From the NCBI GenBank assembly GCA_964016885.1, contig OZ024740.1, positions 63,798,001 to 63,862,000 on the forward strand: DNA of 64,000 nt, in the 5' to 3' direction. The notes beneath the pieces are model-generated. The model was given only the letters and a program-made list of their open reading frames with translations. It ran no database searches and was not told where the DNA came from. Numbering within the stretch: the first letter of the stretch is position 1; the number at the start of each line of letters is the position of its first letter. The stretch is from Eledone cirrhosa. Lineage: Eukaryota. Positions 1 to 11,885 of this stretch are shown piece by piece. The position numbers and the translations under genes were made by a program.

Positions 1-75
1 CCTCGTTGAGGTAATTGGGTATGCCACCAATAAAAATCTTGTGTGGAGAATCTTGAACAACTGTGGAGACAACAC
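1..75 (-). CDS. U2AF2: U2AF65 coding exon 7, start of RRM2 (cut by window edge)
   Basis: ttttgcAG then GVVSTVVQDSPHKIFIGGIPNYLNE, matching the U2AF65 RRM2 N-terminus. Confidence 0.96.
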   Translation of the reverse strand, partial: MLSPQLFKILHTRFLLVAYPITSTR

Positions 76-506
76 CTGCAAAATACAATTAGGAACCGAA
101 ATTCAATATGACTTTTGATTCATGGTCATTTGAAAAAGTCAGGGTAATCTTACTTTTTTTGTTTATTATGAAACCTTTTCTATTATACTTTTTTCATTGC
201 TACCAGCACAAGAGGAATGGTTTTTGTTAGAGTAGAGAGCAACGAAGGGCATCTGGCCATGTCTTGTCCAACCCATTCCAGCATGAAGAAGCAGTGATGA
301 TGAATGTCTAAAACCATAATTATTGTGCTTGTATAGTAAAATAGGGTACATAGAGCTGTGTAGTAAAGAAGTTTAAGTATGCTTTGAAGCCACATACTAT
401 TAGATTCTATCCCACAGTGTAGTTAGTACCTTGGGTACATGGCTTCTTACGAAAGGCTTGTGAGTGATTTTGGTAGACGTAAGCTGTACAGAGACCTTTC
501 ATCAAG

Positions 507-1610
507 ATCATCATCATCGTTTTGTCAGCTGTTCCATACTTGCATGGGTTGAATGGGACGTTTTCAGTACAGCATCTCTCCACTTGCTACATTCCTTTCT
601 TAACTCCTCTGTGAAATTCAGCTCTCACGCCATCTACCTAGGTCTTTCTCTACTGCAGCTTCACTCCACTAGAATTTCTTGGTACTTCTATACCCAACGA
701 TCATCATCCATGTGCATCATATGCCTATACCATCACAGTTTTCTCTCTTTCACACTACATCTGATTCCTCTTCACTCAGTTTCTTTCTCAGTTCATCTAT
801 GCTTTGTTGTTTCTGCACATTAACATTGCACATCCATTGAAGCATGCTTACATCATTTCTCTCCACCCTTTGCATATTATTTGCATTCACTGCCTATGTC
901 TCACTACCATGCAACATCACACTTTGCACACAGGCATCATACAGCTAACCTTTTGTTCATAGAGACACCTTCAGTCGTCAACAGAAGTAGCAGTTTCCTA
1001 AACGTTTTCCATCCTATCCTTAGCCTAGCTACTATCCTCTCAGAGCACCCACCTCTACTGCTAAATATATCCCCTAGGTAGCAGAGGCTATCAATCACTT
1101 CTATGGATCCTTCCTGGGACTATCAATTGACCCTAAACTATCAATTGACCCTAAACATTTACTACATACAAAATCTTCCTTTCCTGTTAGTCTGCCTGTT
1201 ATCCCAATACACCTCTTGTGTATCCAAGATTTGCATTGTGTACATCATATAGAGTTTATACCTAATCCTTTTCTACATAAAGAACAAGACTACTTCCCTG
1301 ATGAGATCAGTGCTCTATCTTTTTTACATTCTTAATAACATTCTATTTTTGCTAAGATTACCCTCAGCCCTTTTGATACTAAGTTGTTTCCAAAGATGGA
1401 ATTTATTTTCTAGTTTTTCCACAGATTCAACAATGAGGACAGAAGTTCCCATGGACAACCAGTCTTAAAATCCTCTGTTGTGGCCTGGAGGACTATGATA
1501 AAGAGAAGTAAACGAAGAACTGATCCCTGGTGCACTCATAGTTGTACTTTCAATTACTCACTAATCACACTTCCTACTCTCACTTTACTCATTTTTCCAG
1601 CCTTTCCACA
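507..1610 (-). mobile_element. Old degraded RTE 3' fragment
   Basis: Frameshifted RT, PHD and C-terminal remnants; cccatgcaag...(tga)n tail. Confidence 0.8.
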
Positions 1611-1743
1611 CCTGCCTCTTGGTTTTAATGGCTCTATCCAGTGCTGGTTCATCAGTAGTTTGTAGTAGGTTGTCATGTGTGGGAATTTCCAATTGTCTTC
1701 TATGTCATATGTGTTTAACTCGTTCTCCTTCTCATCAAATTTA

Positions 1744-2271
<528 letters not shown>

Positions 2272-2949
2272 CTAGAAAAAAAATATCAATATCTAAGTAT
2301 AAAAAAAGATATAGGTACAATGTGATTTGAGGGAATTTAGCTGCTATTCCTTACAAGCTAAATGGCTGCATGCATTGTAGTAAAACATGGGCTTTGAATT
2401 GTGGAAGATCTAATGAGGCTTGAGAGGCATGAGATGAGCATAATTGATTGGGTGTGTAACATTAACCACCACAAAAAGCAGAGCAAATAAGTGAGCTGAG
2501 TGATATGATGGGCATTAAATACATCAGTGAATGCATATAGGCAAAATGAGTGCACTGGTATGGACATGTGATAGGAAATGGATACTGTGTGTATGGTGGT
2601 TGGAAAGGTCTGAGCACAGACAATGGATGGTGTTTATGGAAGATGAAGATGAAAACCAAAGTAGATATGGGAAAAAATAGTGAGATTATGTTCCCTCCAT
2701 GAGGCTACAGTTTTAGCAATTGAATAGAGAATATAGGGTTTGTGAGGATCCTTCAGTCTGTAAAGTGTTAGTGTTGGTGTTATGAAAAAAACACCCAATA
2801 AGTAACCTTGTAAGGTGGTTGGCGCTAGAAGAGCATCCAGCCATATAAAAATCAATCCAAATATAGAATGTATGAGTGAGATGGGTCACATTGACCCATT
2901 CTGGCTTTGGACTGTGTCAACCCAGCCAACCAATGCCAAAATGATTATA

Positions 2950-3010
<61 letters not shown>

Positions 3011-3011
<1 letters not shown>

Positions 3012-3165
3012 CCCCAGCACTCACTGTAAATGAGGTTGGTGTTAAGAAGGGCATCCAGCTGTAGAAATCAAGCCAGAATCAGTTCCCGTATGAGCAAGAC
3101 ATGGTCAGCCGACCGGCTACCCACAACAGGACAACCCGTCTAACCCATGCTAGCGTGGAAGAACA
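3011..3165 (+). mobile_element. RTE-related 3' tail fragment next to (TA)n
   Basis: Matches the tail of the family-2 RTE at 15434-15620. Confidence 0.7.
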
Positions 3166-3329
3166 GTTTCTATCCACCAAAATCTTACTCACATGGCATT
3201 GGTCAGCCAAAGGCTATAGTGGCAAACACAAGCTCAAGGTGCCACACAGTGGGATCAAACCTGAAAACCATGTGGTTAGAAAACAAACATAACCATACAT
3301 CTCTGCCTTTGTTTAATGATCATAAGAGA

Positions 3330-3860
3330 TAGTTGTTTCTAATATAAGCAATAGGCCAGAAATTCTGAAGAAAAATTTAGTCTATAAAATCGCTCTAGTA
3401 CTTGACTGGTGCTTTAGTTTATCAACCTTGGAAGACTGAAAGGCAAAGTTGATCATGGCAGAATTTTAGCTCAGAATGTAAGGGGCCATAACTGAATACC
3501 ACAATGCTCTAACAATTCTACCAAATAATAACTGTTTCTACATTTGGTACAAGGCCAGCAATTTGAAGGTGAGAGGGAAAGTTGATTAAATCAGCCCCAG
3601 TGCCTTACTGATACTTTATTTTATCAACCCTGCAAGGATGAAGAGCAAAGCTAACTATAGCAGGATTTGAACTCAGAACTTAAAGGGCTGTAACTCTATG
3701 TCACAAAGTATTTTGTCCAACACTACCCATACTGCCAAATAATAATAATTTTTAACATAGGCACAAGTCCACAAACTTACGAAATTGCAATAATCAGTTA
3801 AAATAACCCCAATACTTAACTGGTACTTACTTTATCAACCTTAGGAGAGAAAAGAAAGTA
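3330..3860 (-). mobile_element. Cluster of degraded tRNA-derived SINEs (Deu/Nin-like domain)
   Basis: Repeated tgtttct...aaggcc...tactttattttatcaaccc...gaaaggcaaagtt motifs. Confidence 0.65.
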
Positions 3861-4048
3861 AAGTCCATCTCACAACTAGATTTGGTCAAAGAAACAACAA
3901 CAACAACATAAGTGTTTTAATGCCATTATCTTTGCTGAAGCAGGTGTTAGCTTCATGACAGGTTTTATACACATTATTGGGTCCTTTTTGGAGTAATGTT
4001 TTATGGCTAGATACTTTACAAGGTGCCAGCCCTTTTAAACACTTCTTA

Positions 4049-4273
<225 letters not shown>

Positions 4274-5713
4274 TTATATTTGTACAGAGGTTTTTATTTC
4301 ATATTGTTTTACTCGAGACTTAAAATAGCAAAACTTATTAATATAGTGTAGAAAACTAATGAAATCTTTTTACTGCACGCCCCTGGTTTAATCAATAGAG
4401 ATCCACAACTTAGATAGGCCACAGGTATGCAACAGGAGACATAGCTTTCTCTCTGGCGTGAAGAGGGGAGGATGGAGAGCTAGAAGGGTAAAAAGGGGTA
4501 TATGAGGATGGGCAGGGCAGAAAGGTAAAGGAGGTAATGATGATAAGGATGAAGACAACAATGATGGCAATATGTTTAATCCATTAGCATTTACATTACT
4601 CTATATTTACTACTGTATTTTTGTGGTAAAGGCTTTATCTCACATAATATCGAATCTATGAGATTTTGAGAACTATACCTTAACATCACCATGAGTGGCT
4701 GGTTACAGCCGGTTTGAACAGAAAGAGGTGAGAGAATTCTGGCCGGACATGGCCAGTTTAAACTCAACTCAGCTTTGATCTAACACACTTATATTCCAGT
4801 AGAGACATATCTCCTGGTGCTAGCAAAACAGCCATTAAAATGGTGGTAATGATGAAGGTTGAGATGTATCATATATCAACATGGGGTCCCTCATCCATTA
4901 TATTCCTGTTGAGTCTCCATCTGCTGCCCTCTTATATCATGTACCCTTTCTCCTATTCACTGTACCACACCACCTGTGGAAAGAGGGATGGCGTTCAATC
5001 CCTTCCACTAACATTTATCACTCTACCACCCTTCTCCTCTATAACTCTACCTGTCGCCTGTGTAACTAGGGATGGTAATAGATGTCCATATTCAGTAAAT
5101 CCTGCTATAACTCTTCATTACCGCTCACTAACTGTCACTCTCTCTCCCTACAACTCTTCATTAATCTCTATTCCTCTCTCTCACCATCACCCATTTCTAA
5201 TACTATCCACCACTTGCTCTGTCTTACTCATCTTTAATGTTATCCTAATATGTTTCATATTCAATCTCCTTCCTAACAGCTTTGGTTCCAATACTCTAAT
5301 TTCTTGTTCAATATTATTCTTCACAACCTGGAGTTTTGAGGATTTATATGTATAATTTTTTTCTTTAAGAAAACAGCAGGAATGGCCAAATTAAAAATCA
5401 CACTTTAATATCTTAAAAAGGAAAAAACATATCAAACAATATGTGATGGTCATGGCTGGAATGATTTTTGCACCACCATAAACTAGAACAATGTTTGATA
5501 TTCAACCATGTAAAATTGTTGGAACAAGATTCAAACTGTTTGGAACATCAGGAAATGTACAAAACTAGAATGCGGTTGGTGTTAGAAAGAGCATCCAGCC
5601 ATAGAAAACCTGCCAGATATAGTCCTATACGAGCAAGAACGGTCACCCGATCAATCTTGCCTCAAGTGGGACAATTCCTGTCTAACCCATGTTAGCATGG
5701 AAGATAGCAGTTA

Positions 5714-5908
<195 letters not shown>

Positions 5909-6049
5909 TCAAATCATTTATAGTGATTAGGGAATATTGTGGTTCGAATATATGATGATTAGATGGAGGTTAGAGGACATAGTGTATATGTATGTTTGTG
6001 TGAGTGTGGGTCTGTGTATATTTATATCTGTGTGTATTATTATTACTAG

Positions 6050-6236
6050 TGGATTGGCAGTATCGGTAGAGGGTCGGATGCCATGCTTTCCAGCATAGTT
6101 ACGTCCCTTAACGATCTGAGTTCAAATCCCGCCGAGGTTGACTTTGCCTTTCATCCTTACGGGGTCGATAAAATAAAGTACCAGTAATGCACTGGGTTAT
6201 TGCTGGCCTTGTGTCAAAAAGTAGAAACAATTATTA
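6050..6236 (+). mobile_element. tRNA-derived SINE with Deu/Nin-like central domain
   Basis: A-box TGGCAGTATCGG, B-box GAGTTCAAATCC, gcctttcatccttacggggtcgataaaataaagtaccag; TSD attattactag. Confidence 0.8.
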
Positions 6237-6434
6237 CTAGAGGACAGTACTTGGCAGAAGCAGTACAGTATCACACACAATGGTATGGTCGTGTCTGGAA
6301 TGTTTATGATAATAGGTCAGCTAGATGAGGGCTGATTTATTGTTAAACAGAAACATAACAAAAGAGTATAGTGAGATATTATAAAGGTATTGGGGTAAAG
6401 AAGGTTACTATAAGACAGTAAAGCGGTGGCCTAC

Positions 6435-6556
6435 CTTGCATAGCTTTGTACTGCAATGGGGTGATATGTTCAAACCCTGTAGGAGGTACATTCCAGTATT
6501 TGTAGGGCTTCTTTCGTCTCTTTGGCATGGACGTACGAACATCTTGTGGGGAACGG
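6435..6556 (-). CDS. U2AF2: U2AF65 coding exon 3, ULM (U2AF35-binding) motif
   Basis: SRSPQDVRTSMPKRRKKPYKYWNVPPTGFEHITPLQYKAMQ matches the U2AF65 [22 protein letters not shown] motif; tttcAG and G|GTAGG boundaries. Confidence 0.96.
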
Positions 6557-6789
6557 CTGAAATAGAAAGAGAAATGATCTATGTAATATATTGGTGTATA
6601 TGTGTGTAATATATTGGTCTATATATCATGTATTTAACACACTGGTGTAGACATCATATATGTAATATACTGGTGTATATATCATGTGTGCAATACATTG
6701 GTGTGTATGTCATATATTTAATGCATGTATATATATAGCATAGCTCTGTAATACACATGTATATCATGTGTAACACACTGGTGTAATTG

Positions 6790-7445
6790 AACTAAGAGAG
6801 AAATAAGGCATAAGAGGGATCCGATGGAGATTGCGTTTGTTTGGTCATGTGATGCGTATATGAAGGACGACAGTTGTATAAAAAGGTGCAGGGTGATCAA
6901 AATTGGAAGACCCAGGAACACTTGGGATAAGGTGATAAAAGCTGACCTTGCACCATTGCACCTCTCAAAGACAATCATGCAGTAATATAGAAGACACGCC
7001 TTCCCATGTACACGGACTCAAACACACATCTTAACCACTATACTCCCTCCCATACACCCACCCTCCCACACTACCCTTACATTCTAAAGTTATGTTGGTA
7101 TCACAAAAAACACCAAGCCCACACTGTAATGTGATCATGTAGGAGTCATGACAAAGAGCACCCAGCCCACACTGTAATGTGATCATGTAGGAGTCATGAC
7201 AAAGAGCACCCAGCCCACACTGTAATATGGTCATGTAGGTGTCACGATAAAATGCACCCAGTCCACACTGTAAAGTGGTCGTGTAAGTGTCATGACAAAA
7301 AGCATTAAGTCTATACTGTAAAGAGGTTGTGTAGGTGTCATGACAAAAAGCACCTAGCGCACACTGTAAATGTTGTTGGCGTTAGGAAGGGCATCCAGCT
7401 GTAGAAATCTAGCCAGAAACAGCGTGGGAGGTGAACGTTAAATGA
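6790..7445 (+). mobile_element. RTE 3' fragment whose UTR has five tandem 48-nt units (7118-7370)
   Basis: RRLRLFGHVMRI..GRPRNTW remnant, then (cccacactgtaatgtgatcatgtaggagtcatgacaaagagcacccag)x5 and the gttaggaagggcatcc motif. Confidence 0.8.
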
Positions 7446-7845
7446 CAGTAATTAATACATTTGTGTATATATCATATAGGTAATACATTTGTGTATATAT
7501 CATATATGTAACATGCATGTATATATGCAGAGCACATCAGTGTAACCCACATGTATATCATGTATGTAACACATACATATGATGTCATACACATATGATA
7601 GTGTGTGACACACATATGATAATATGGTTAGCGAAGAAAACAGGTGTTAAATGATAACAATATGATGCTCAGATATGTGTGTCACACTCATCATAATAAT
7701 CATCGTTTAACGTATATCTTCCATGCTAACAAATATGATACTTTACTATATTATTCATATAATTCACTGTGAAGACGCATGACTTAATAGTTAAAGCATT
7801 GGGCTTACAATTGTGAAATTGTGAGTTTGATTCCATGACTGGGTG

Positions 7846-10800
7846 ATGTGTTGCCACCTTGAGCAAGTCACTTTATTTCATGTTGTTCCAGTTTACTCAG
7901 CTGTAGAAATTAGTAGCTCCCACCCTCCAAACGCAATCCAAAACTTCAGAGTTGGTACCATGAATGTAGGCACCTTAAAGGGTCGCTCTAACGAGGTTGT
8001 AGAAATGCTTGAACGTAAGGAGGTCGATGTTTGTTGTATTCAAGAGACCAGGTGGAGGGGAGGGTCGGCTAGATTCATCGTGGGTAAAGAACGATGCTAT
8101 AAGCTTTTCTGGGTGGGAAATGACAATGGGTTGGGTGGGGTAGGAATCATGGTAGCAGAAAAGTGGGCAGATAAGATAATAGACGTAAATAGAGTGAACG
8201 ACAGAATAATTAAAATAAGACTTGTCCTCAATAAAACTACGGTGACAGTAATATCTGCGTACGCACCCCAATCCGGACTGCCCCGCGCTATAAAAGACAG
8301 ATTCTACGAGACACTGATGCTCGCTACCTCCCAAATAACCGACAGTGACTATATAGTTATTGCAGGTGACCTAAATGGTCACGTTGGACAACATTGTGAC
8401 GGCTATGACGGAATCCATGGAGGCTATGGGTTCGGTACTAGAAATGAGGAAGGCTCCAGAATCCTGGAATTCTGCGACGCAAATAACTTAACTATCTGTA
8501 ACACTAACTTCAAAAAACGAGACAATCACTTGATCACCTATAGATCGGGGGAACACACAAGCCAGGTAGATTATATCCTTACCAGAAGACGTGACAGAGT
8601 GTCTGTTGTTAACACTAAATCCCACCCCCATGAAGAATTCACCTCCCAACATAGACTGATAATTAGCGACCTCATAGTCAGGACGAGACGTACTAGACAG
8701 CGGAAGAGGACTATCCTCAGGAGAAAAATATGGAAGCTAAAGGACCCCATAGCCAGAAATAAATTTCAAAGCATATTACTTGACGCTTTCGACAGTAAGG
8801 AAGAGCAATTAGAGTCGTATAATATAGAGGAACAGTGGGAATTCCTGAGAGCAAACCTGCTGACGGCGGCAGACGAAGTCTGTGGCTGGAGCAGGCCTGT
8901 AGGTAGGAGGAGAGTAACATGGTGGTGGAACAGTAAGGTGGAGGAGTCAATTAAGGCCAAAAAGCAGGCTTGGAAAGTATGGCGGGATGGGGGAAGTAGA
9001 GAAGACTATCAAGTGGCCAGGAGGGAAGCTAGGAGACAAGTGTACTTCGCAAGAAGGGAAGCAGAGGAAAGAAAGTTCAAGCATGTTCTACAACGTGAGG
9101 ACCAAAAACGTGAGGTGTTCAGGATTGCCAGGCAATGTGTCAAGGAAAACCGTGATATTGTCGGGGAGAAGTGTGTACTTAACGATGATGGCATACTTGC
9201 CATCACCGACGCTGATAAGAAGGTAGCTTGGAAGTGTCACTACGAAAGGCTTCTAAATGAGGAGAACAAATGGGAGAAAGACAGTCTCCCCCAGATCGAT
9301 CCAATAGAGGGACCAGCAGTGTTAGTTGAAGGTAGTATAATAAGTAAGGCAATCAAAGATATGAAGACGGGTAAGGCGGCTGGGCCTTCGGAAATAGTTG
9401 CTGAGATGCTGAAGGCATCTGGTTCGGTGGGACACACCATGGTCACCCGGATAGTTAACCAAGTCGTACAGAATGGGGTTGTTCCGAAGGAATGGCGTAG
9501 CAGCATCATCGTTAACTGCTATAAGGGAAAAGGAGATGCCCTAGATAGGAGTAACTATAGAGGCATTAAATTAATCGACCAGGTCATGAAGGTCACGGAA
9601 AAAGTAATAGTGCAACTAATCAGAGAGAGAATTGATCTAGATGAAATGCAGTTCGGGTTTGTGTCAGGCAAAAGTACCACAGACGCTCTTTTCATTGTAC
9701 GACAACTACAGGAGAAGTACCTAGCTAAAAGTAAACCCCTATACTTAGCTTTCGTCGACTTGGAGAAAGCCTTCGACAGAGTCCCCCGTTCCATTATCTG
9801 GTGGTCTCTTAGAAAACTAGGTGTTGACGAATGGCTTGTGAGAGCTATACAAGCCATGTATAAAGAAACAGTCAGTAAGGTTAGAATTAACAACGAATAT
9901 AGTGAAGAGTTTAGCGTAAAAGTTGGTGTCCATCAGGGCTCTGTTCTTAGCCCCCTACTATTTATTATTGCCCTTCAGGCTATAACAGAGGAGTTCAAGA
10001 CCGGCTGCCCATGGGAACTCCTATACGCAGATGATCTAACGCTCATAGCTGAATCAATGACCGAACTAGAGAAGAAATTCCAAACGTGGAAGCACGGCCT
10101 AGAATCAAAAGGCCTTAAAATTAACCTGGCTAAGACTAAAGTTCTAGTTTGTAGGAAAGAAAATAAGGCGGCGGTCCCATCGGGGAAATGGCCATGCTCA
10201 GTGTGTAGGAAAGGCGTAGGTAGAAACTCCATTTTATGTCCCAAATGCAAAGTATGGGTGCATAAAAGATGTAGTGGGATCACAGGTAAGCTAACTAAGA
10301 ACATAGATTTTACATGTGGCCGGTGCTCTGGTGCAATAAGTAGCAGCAAGTGCCCACAGAATACTAGCTCCTTCAACTGCGCAGAGGGTTCTATAGAAAT
10401 AGTGGACAGCTTCCGTTATCTGGGTGACAAAATCAGCAGTGGGGGAGGGTGCTCTGAAAGTACAGTAGCTAGAGTCAGAACTGGATGGAAAAAGTTCAGA
10501 GAGCTTATACCACTATTAGCCGCTAGAGGGTTCTCCCTAAAAATGAAAGGCAGGTTATACGATGCCTGCATACGAACAGCAATGCTGCATGGCAGTGAGA
10601 CCTGGGCATTGTGTGCAGAGGATATACGCAGACTAGAGAGGAACGAAGCTTGCATGCTCCGCTGGATGTGCAATAGTAATATACGTGAACGGCAAAGCAT
10701 AAACGAACTAAGGAAAAAATTAGAAATAAGAGGGATCAGATGTTGTTTACTCGAGAGAAGGCTACGTTGGTACGGTCACGTGATGCGCATGAAAGACGAC

Positions 10801-10980
10801 AGCTGTATAACAAAGTGCAGGGCAATAAAGATAGACGGTAGCCACGGAGTAGGCAGACCCAGAAAAACATGGGACGAGCTGATAAATTCCGACCTCACAC
10901 GCTTACACCTCTCCAAGACAATGTCACTGGACCGAGACCTTTGGCGGTACTCAGTAATAGAGAAGACCCGCCTTACCTAA
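7846..10980 (+). CDS. RTE-clade LINE polyprotein: APE endonuclease, reverse transcriptase and PHD-type zinc finger; no stops or frameshifts
   Basis: APE motifs TMNVGTL, IQETRW, YAPQ, GDLNGH, QVDYIL, SQH; RT motifs FVDLEKAFD, HQGSVLSP, YADD, FRYLG; RTE C-terminus RRLRWYGHVMR..GRPRKTW. The first ~24 codons come from the host SINE. Confidence 0.93.
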   Translation: MCCHLEQVTLFHVVPVYSAVEISSSHPPNAIQNFRVGTMNVGTLKGRSNEVVEMLERKEVDVCCIQETRWRGGSARFIVGKERCYKLFWVGNDNGLGGVGIMVAEKWADKIIDVNRVNDRIIKIRLVLNKTTVTVISAYAPQSGLPRAIKDRFYETLMLATSQITDSDYIVIAGDLNGHVGQHCDGYDGIHGGYGFGTRNEEGSRILEFCDANNLTICNTNFKKRDNHLITYRSGEHTSQVDYILTRRRDRVSVVNTKSHPHEEFTSQHRLIISDLIVRTRRTRQRKRTILRRKIWKLKDPIARNKFQSILLDAFDSKEEQLESYNIEEQWEFLRANLLTAADEVCGWSRPVGRRRVTWWWNSKVEESIKAKKQAWKVWRDGGSREDYQVARREARRQVYFARREAEERKFKHVLQREDQKREVFRIARQCVKENRDIVGEKCVLNDDGILAITDADKKVAWKCHYERLLNEENKWEKDSLPQIDPIEGPAVLVEGSIISKAIKDMKTGKAAGPSEIVAEMLKASGSVGHTMVTRIVNQVVQNGVVPKEWRSSIIVNCYKGKGDALDRSNYRGIKLIDQVMKVTEKVIVQLIRERIDLDEMQFGFVSGKSTTDALFIVRQLQEKYLAKSKPLYLAFVDLEKAFDRVPRSIIWWSLRKLGVDEWLVRAIQAMYKETVSKVRINNEYSEEFSVKVGVHQGSVLSPLLFIIALQAITEEFKTGCPWELLYADDLTLIAESMTELEKKFQTWKHGLESKGLKINLAKTKVLVCRKENKAAVPSGKWPCSVCRKGVGRNSILCPKCKVWVHKRCSGITGKLTKNIDFTCGRCSGAISSSKCPQNTSSFNCAEGSIEIVDSFRYLGDKISSGGGCSESTVARVRTGWKKFRELIPLLAARGFSLKMKGRLYDACIRTAMLHGSETWALCAEDIRRLERNEACMLRWMCNSNIRERQSINELRKKLEIRGIRCCLLERRLRWYGHVMRMKDDSCITKCRAIKIDGSHGVGRPRKTWDELINSDLTRLHLSKTMSLDRDLWRYSVIEKTRLT

Positions 10981-11373
10981 ATACAAAGTAAAAACCTACT
11001 ACAGTCAGTAGGCATCTCTATCAAAACACCCCCCCGTCCCACCACCTCCACCCCATCCACACCGCCCCTTTCAATGTACAGTTATGTTGGTCCCACAACA
11101 TCCAGGCCGAAACAAATGAGATCGTGTAGGTGTCACGACAAAAAACACACAGTCCACGCTGTAAATGTGGCCGTGTAGGCAACACGGTAAAAACCTCCCA
11201 GCCCCACACTGTAAATGTGGTTGGTGTTAGGAAGGGCATCCAACTGTAGAAAACCCGCCAGACAGTCCTATGCGAGCAAGACAACCACTCTTGCCTCAAG
11301 TGGGAAAACCCCCGTCCAAACCCATGCAAGCGTGGAACACGGACGCTAAACCTGATGATGATGATGATGATGA
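7918..11373 (+). mobile_element. Young RTE LINE (family 1), nearly full length, 5'-truncated, antisense in the U2AF2 intron between coding exons 2 and 3
   Basis: ORF above, ~370-nt 3' UTR and (TGA)n tail; close copies at 18583, 46272, 49418 and 52761. Confidence 0.93.
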
Positions 11374-11549
11374 CCACTGGTACTAAGCTGCATCAGCCAT
11401 TGCCTTTCCCATCAGTGACATGGAGAGGCAAGATTAGTATACGGACTTGTGCCTTGGAACAGCGACTTTCTAGGTGCAAATCCCATGGTCACAAAGTGAC
11501 AAAAGGGGGTCATTTACCTTTACCTTTATATAAAGGAAGGAACAAACAG

Positions 11550-11885
11550 TGAATCTGATCCCTCTTATGCTCAATTTCTCTCTCAGTTCATTTAATGCTT
11601 TGCTCTTCATGTATATTACTATTATACATCCATCGAAGCATGCAAGCTTCATTTCTTTCCAATCTTCGCAGATCCTTTGCACACAGCGACCAGGTCTCAC
11701 TACCATGTAACATTGCTGTTCATATACATGCTTCATACAATCTGCCCTTCATTTTGAGGGAAAACCTTTTTGTAGCTAGCAGCAGTAGTAGTAGCTCCTC
11801 TGAACTTTTTCCATCCTATTCTCACTCGGGCTACTGTACTTTTGGCACACCCACCTCCATTGCTAATTTGGTCACCCAGATAACA
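11550..11885 (-). mobile_element. RTE internal fragment
   Basis: Homologous to ~10410-10740 in opposite orientation. Confidence 0.75.

Larger units (their letters stand above)
7769..11530 (+). mobile_element. tRNA-derived CORE-like SINE split by the RTE (head 7769-7917, tail 11374-11530)
   Basis: The two halves join into a homologue of the intact copy at 19555-19865; CORE-like gagcaagtcacttt...ccagtttactcagctgtagaaat. Confidence 0.75.

Noticed and set aside
4577-4762. Possible piggyBac-type MITE remnant
   Set aside because: Only one degenerate terminus is visible; no matching second end or TSD.
7118-7370. Regular 48-nt repeats resembling a CRISPR array
   Set aside because: Head-to-tail units with no unique spacers, inside a LINE 3' UTR in a spliced eukaryotic gene; no cas genes.
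8717-10700. Several recurring 60-210-aa antisense ORFs over RTE copies
   Set aside because: Shadow ORFs of the LINE coding strand; they recur only because the LINE is repeated.
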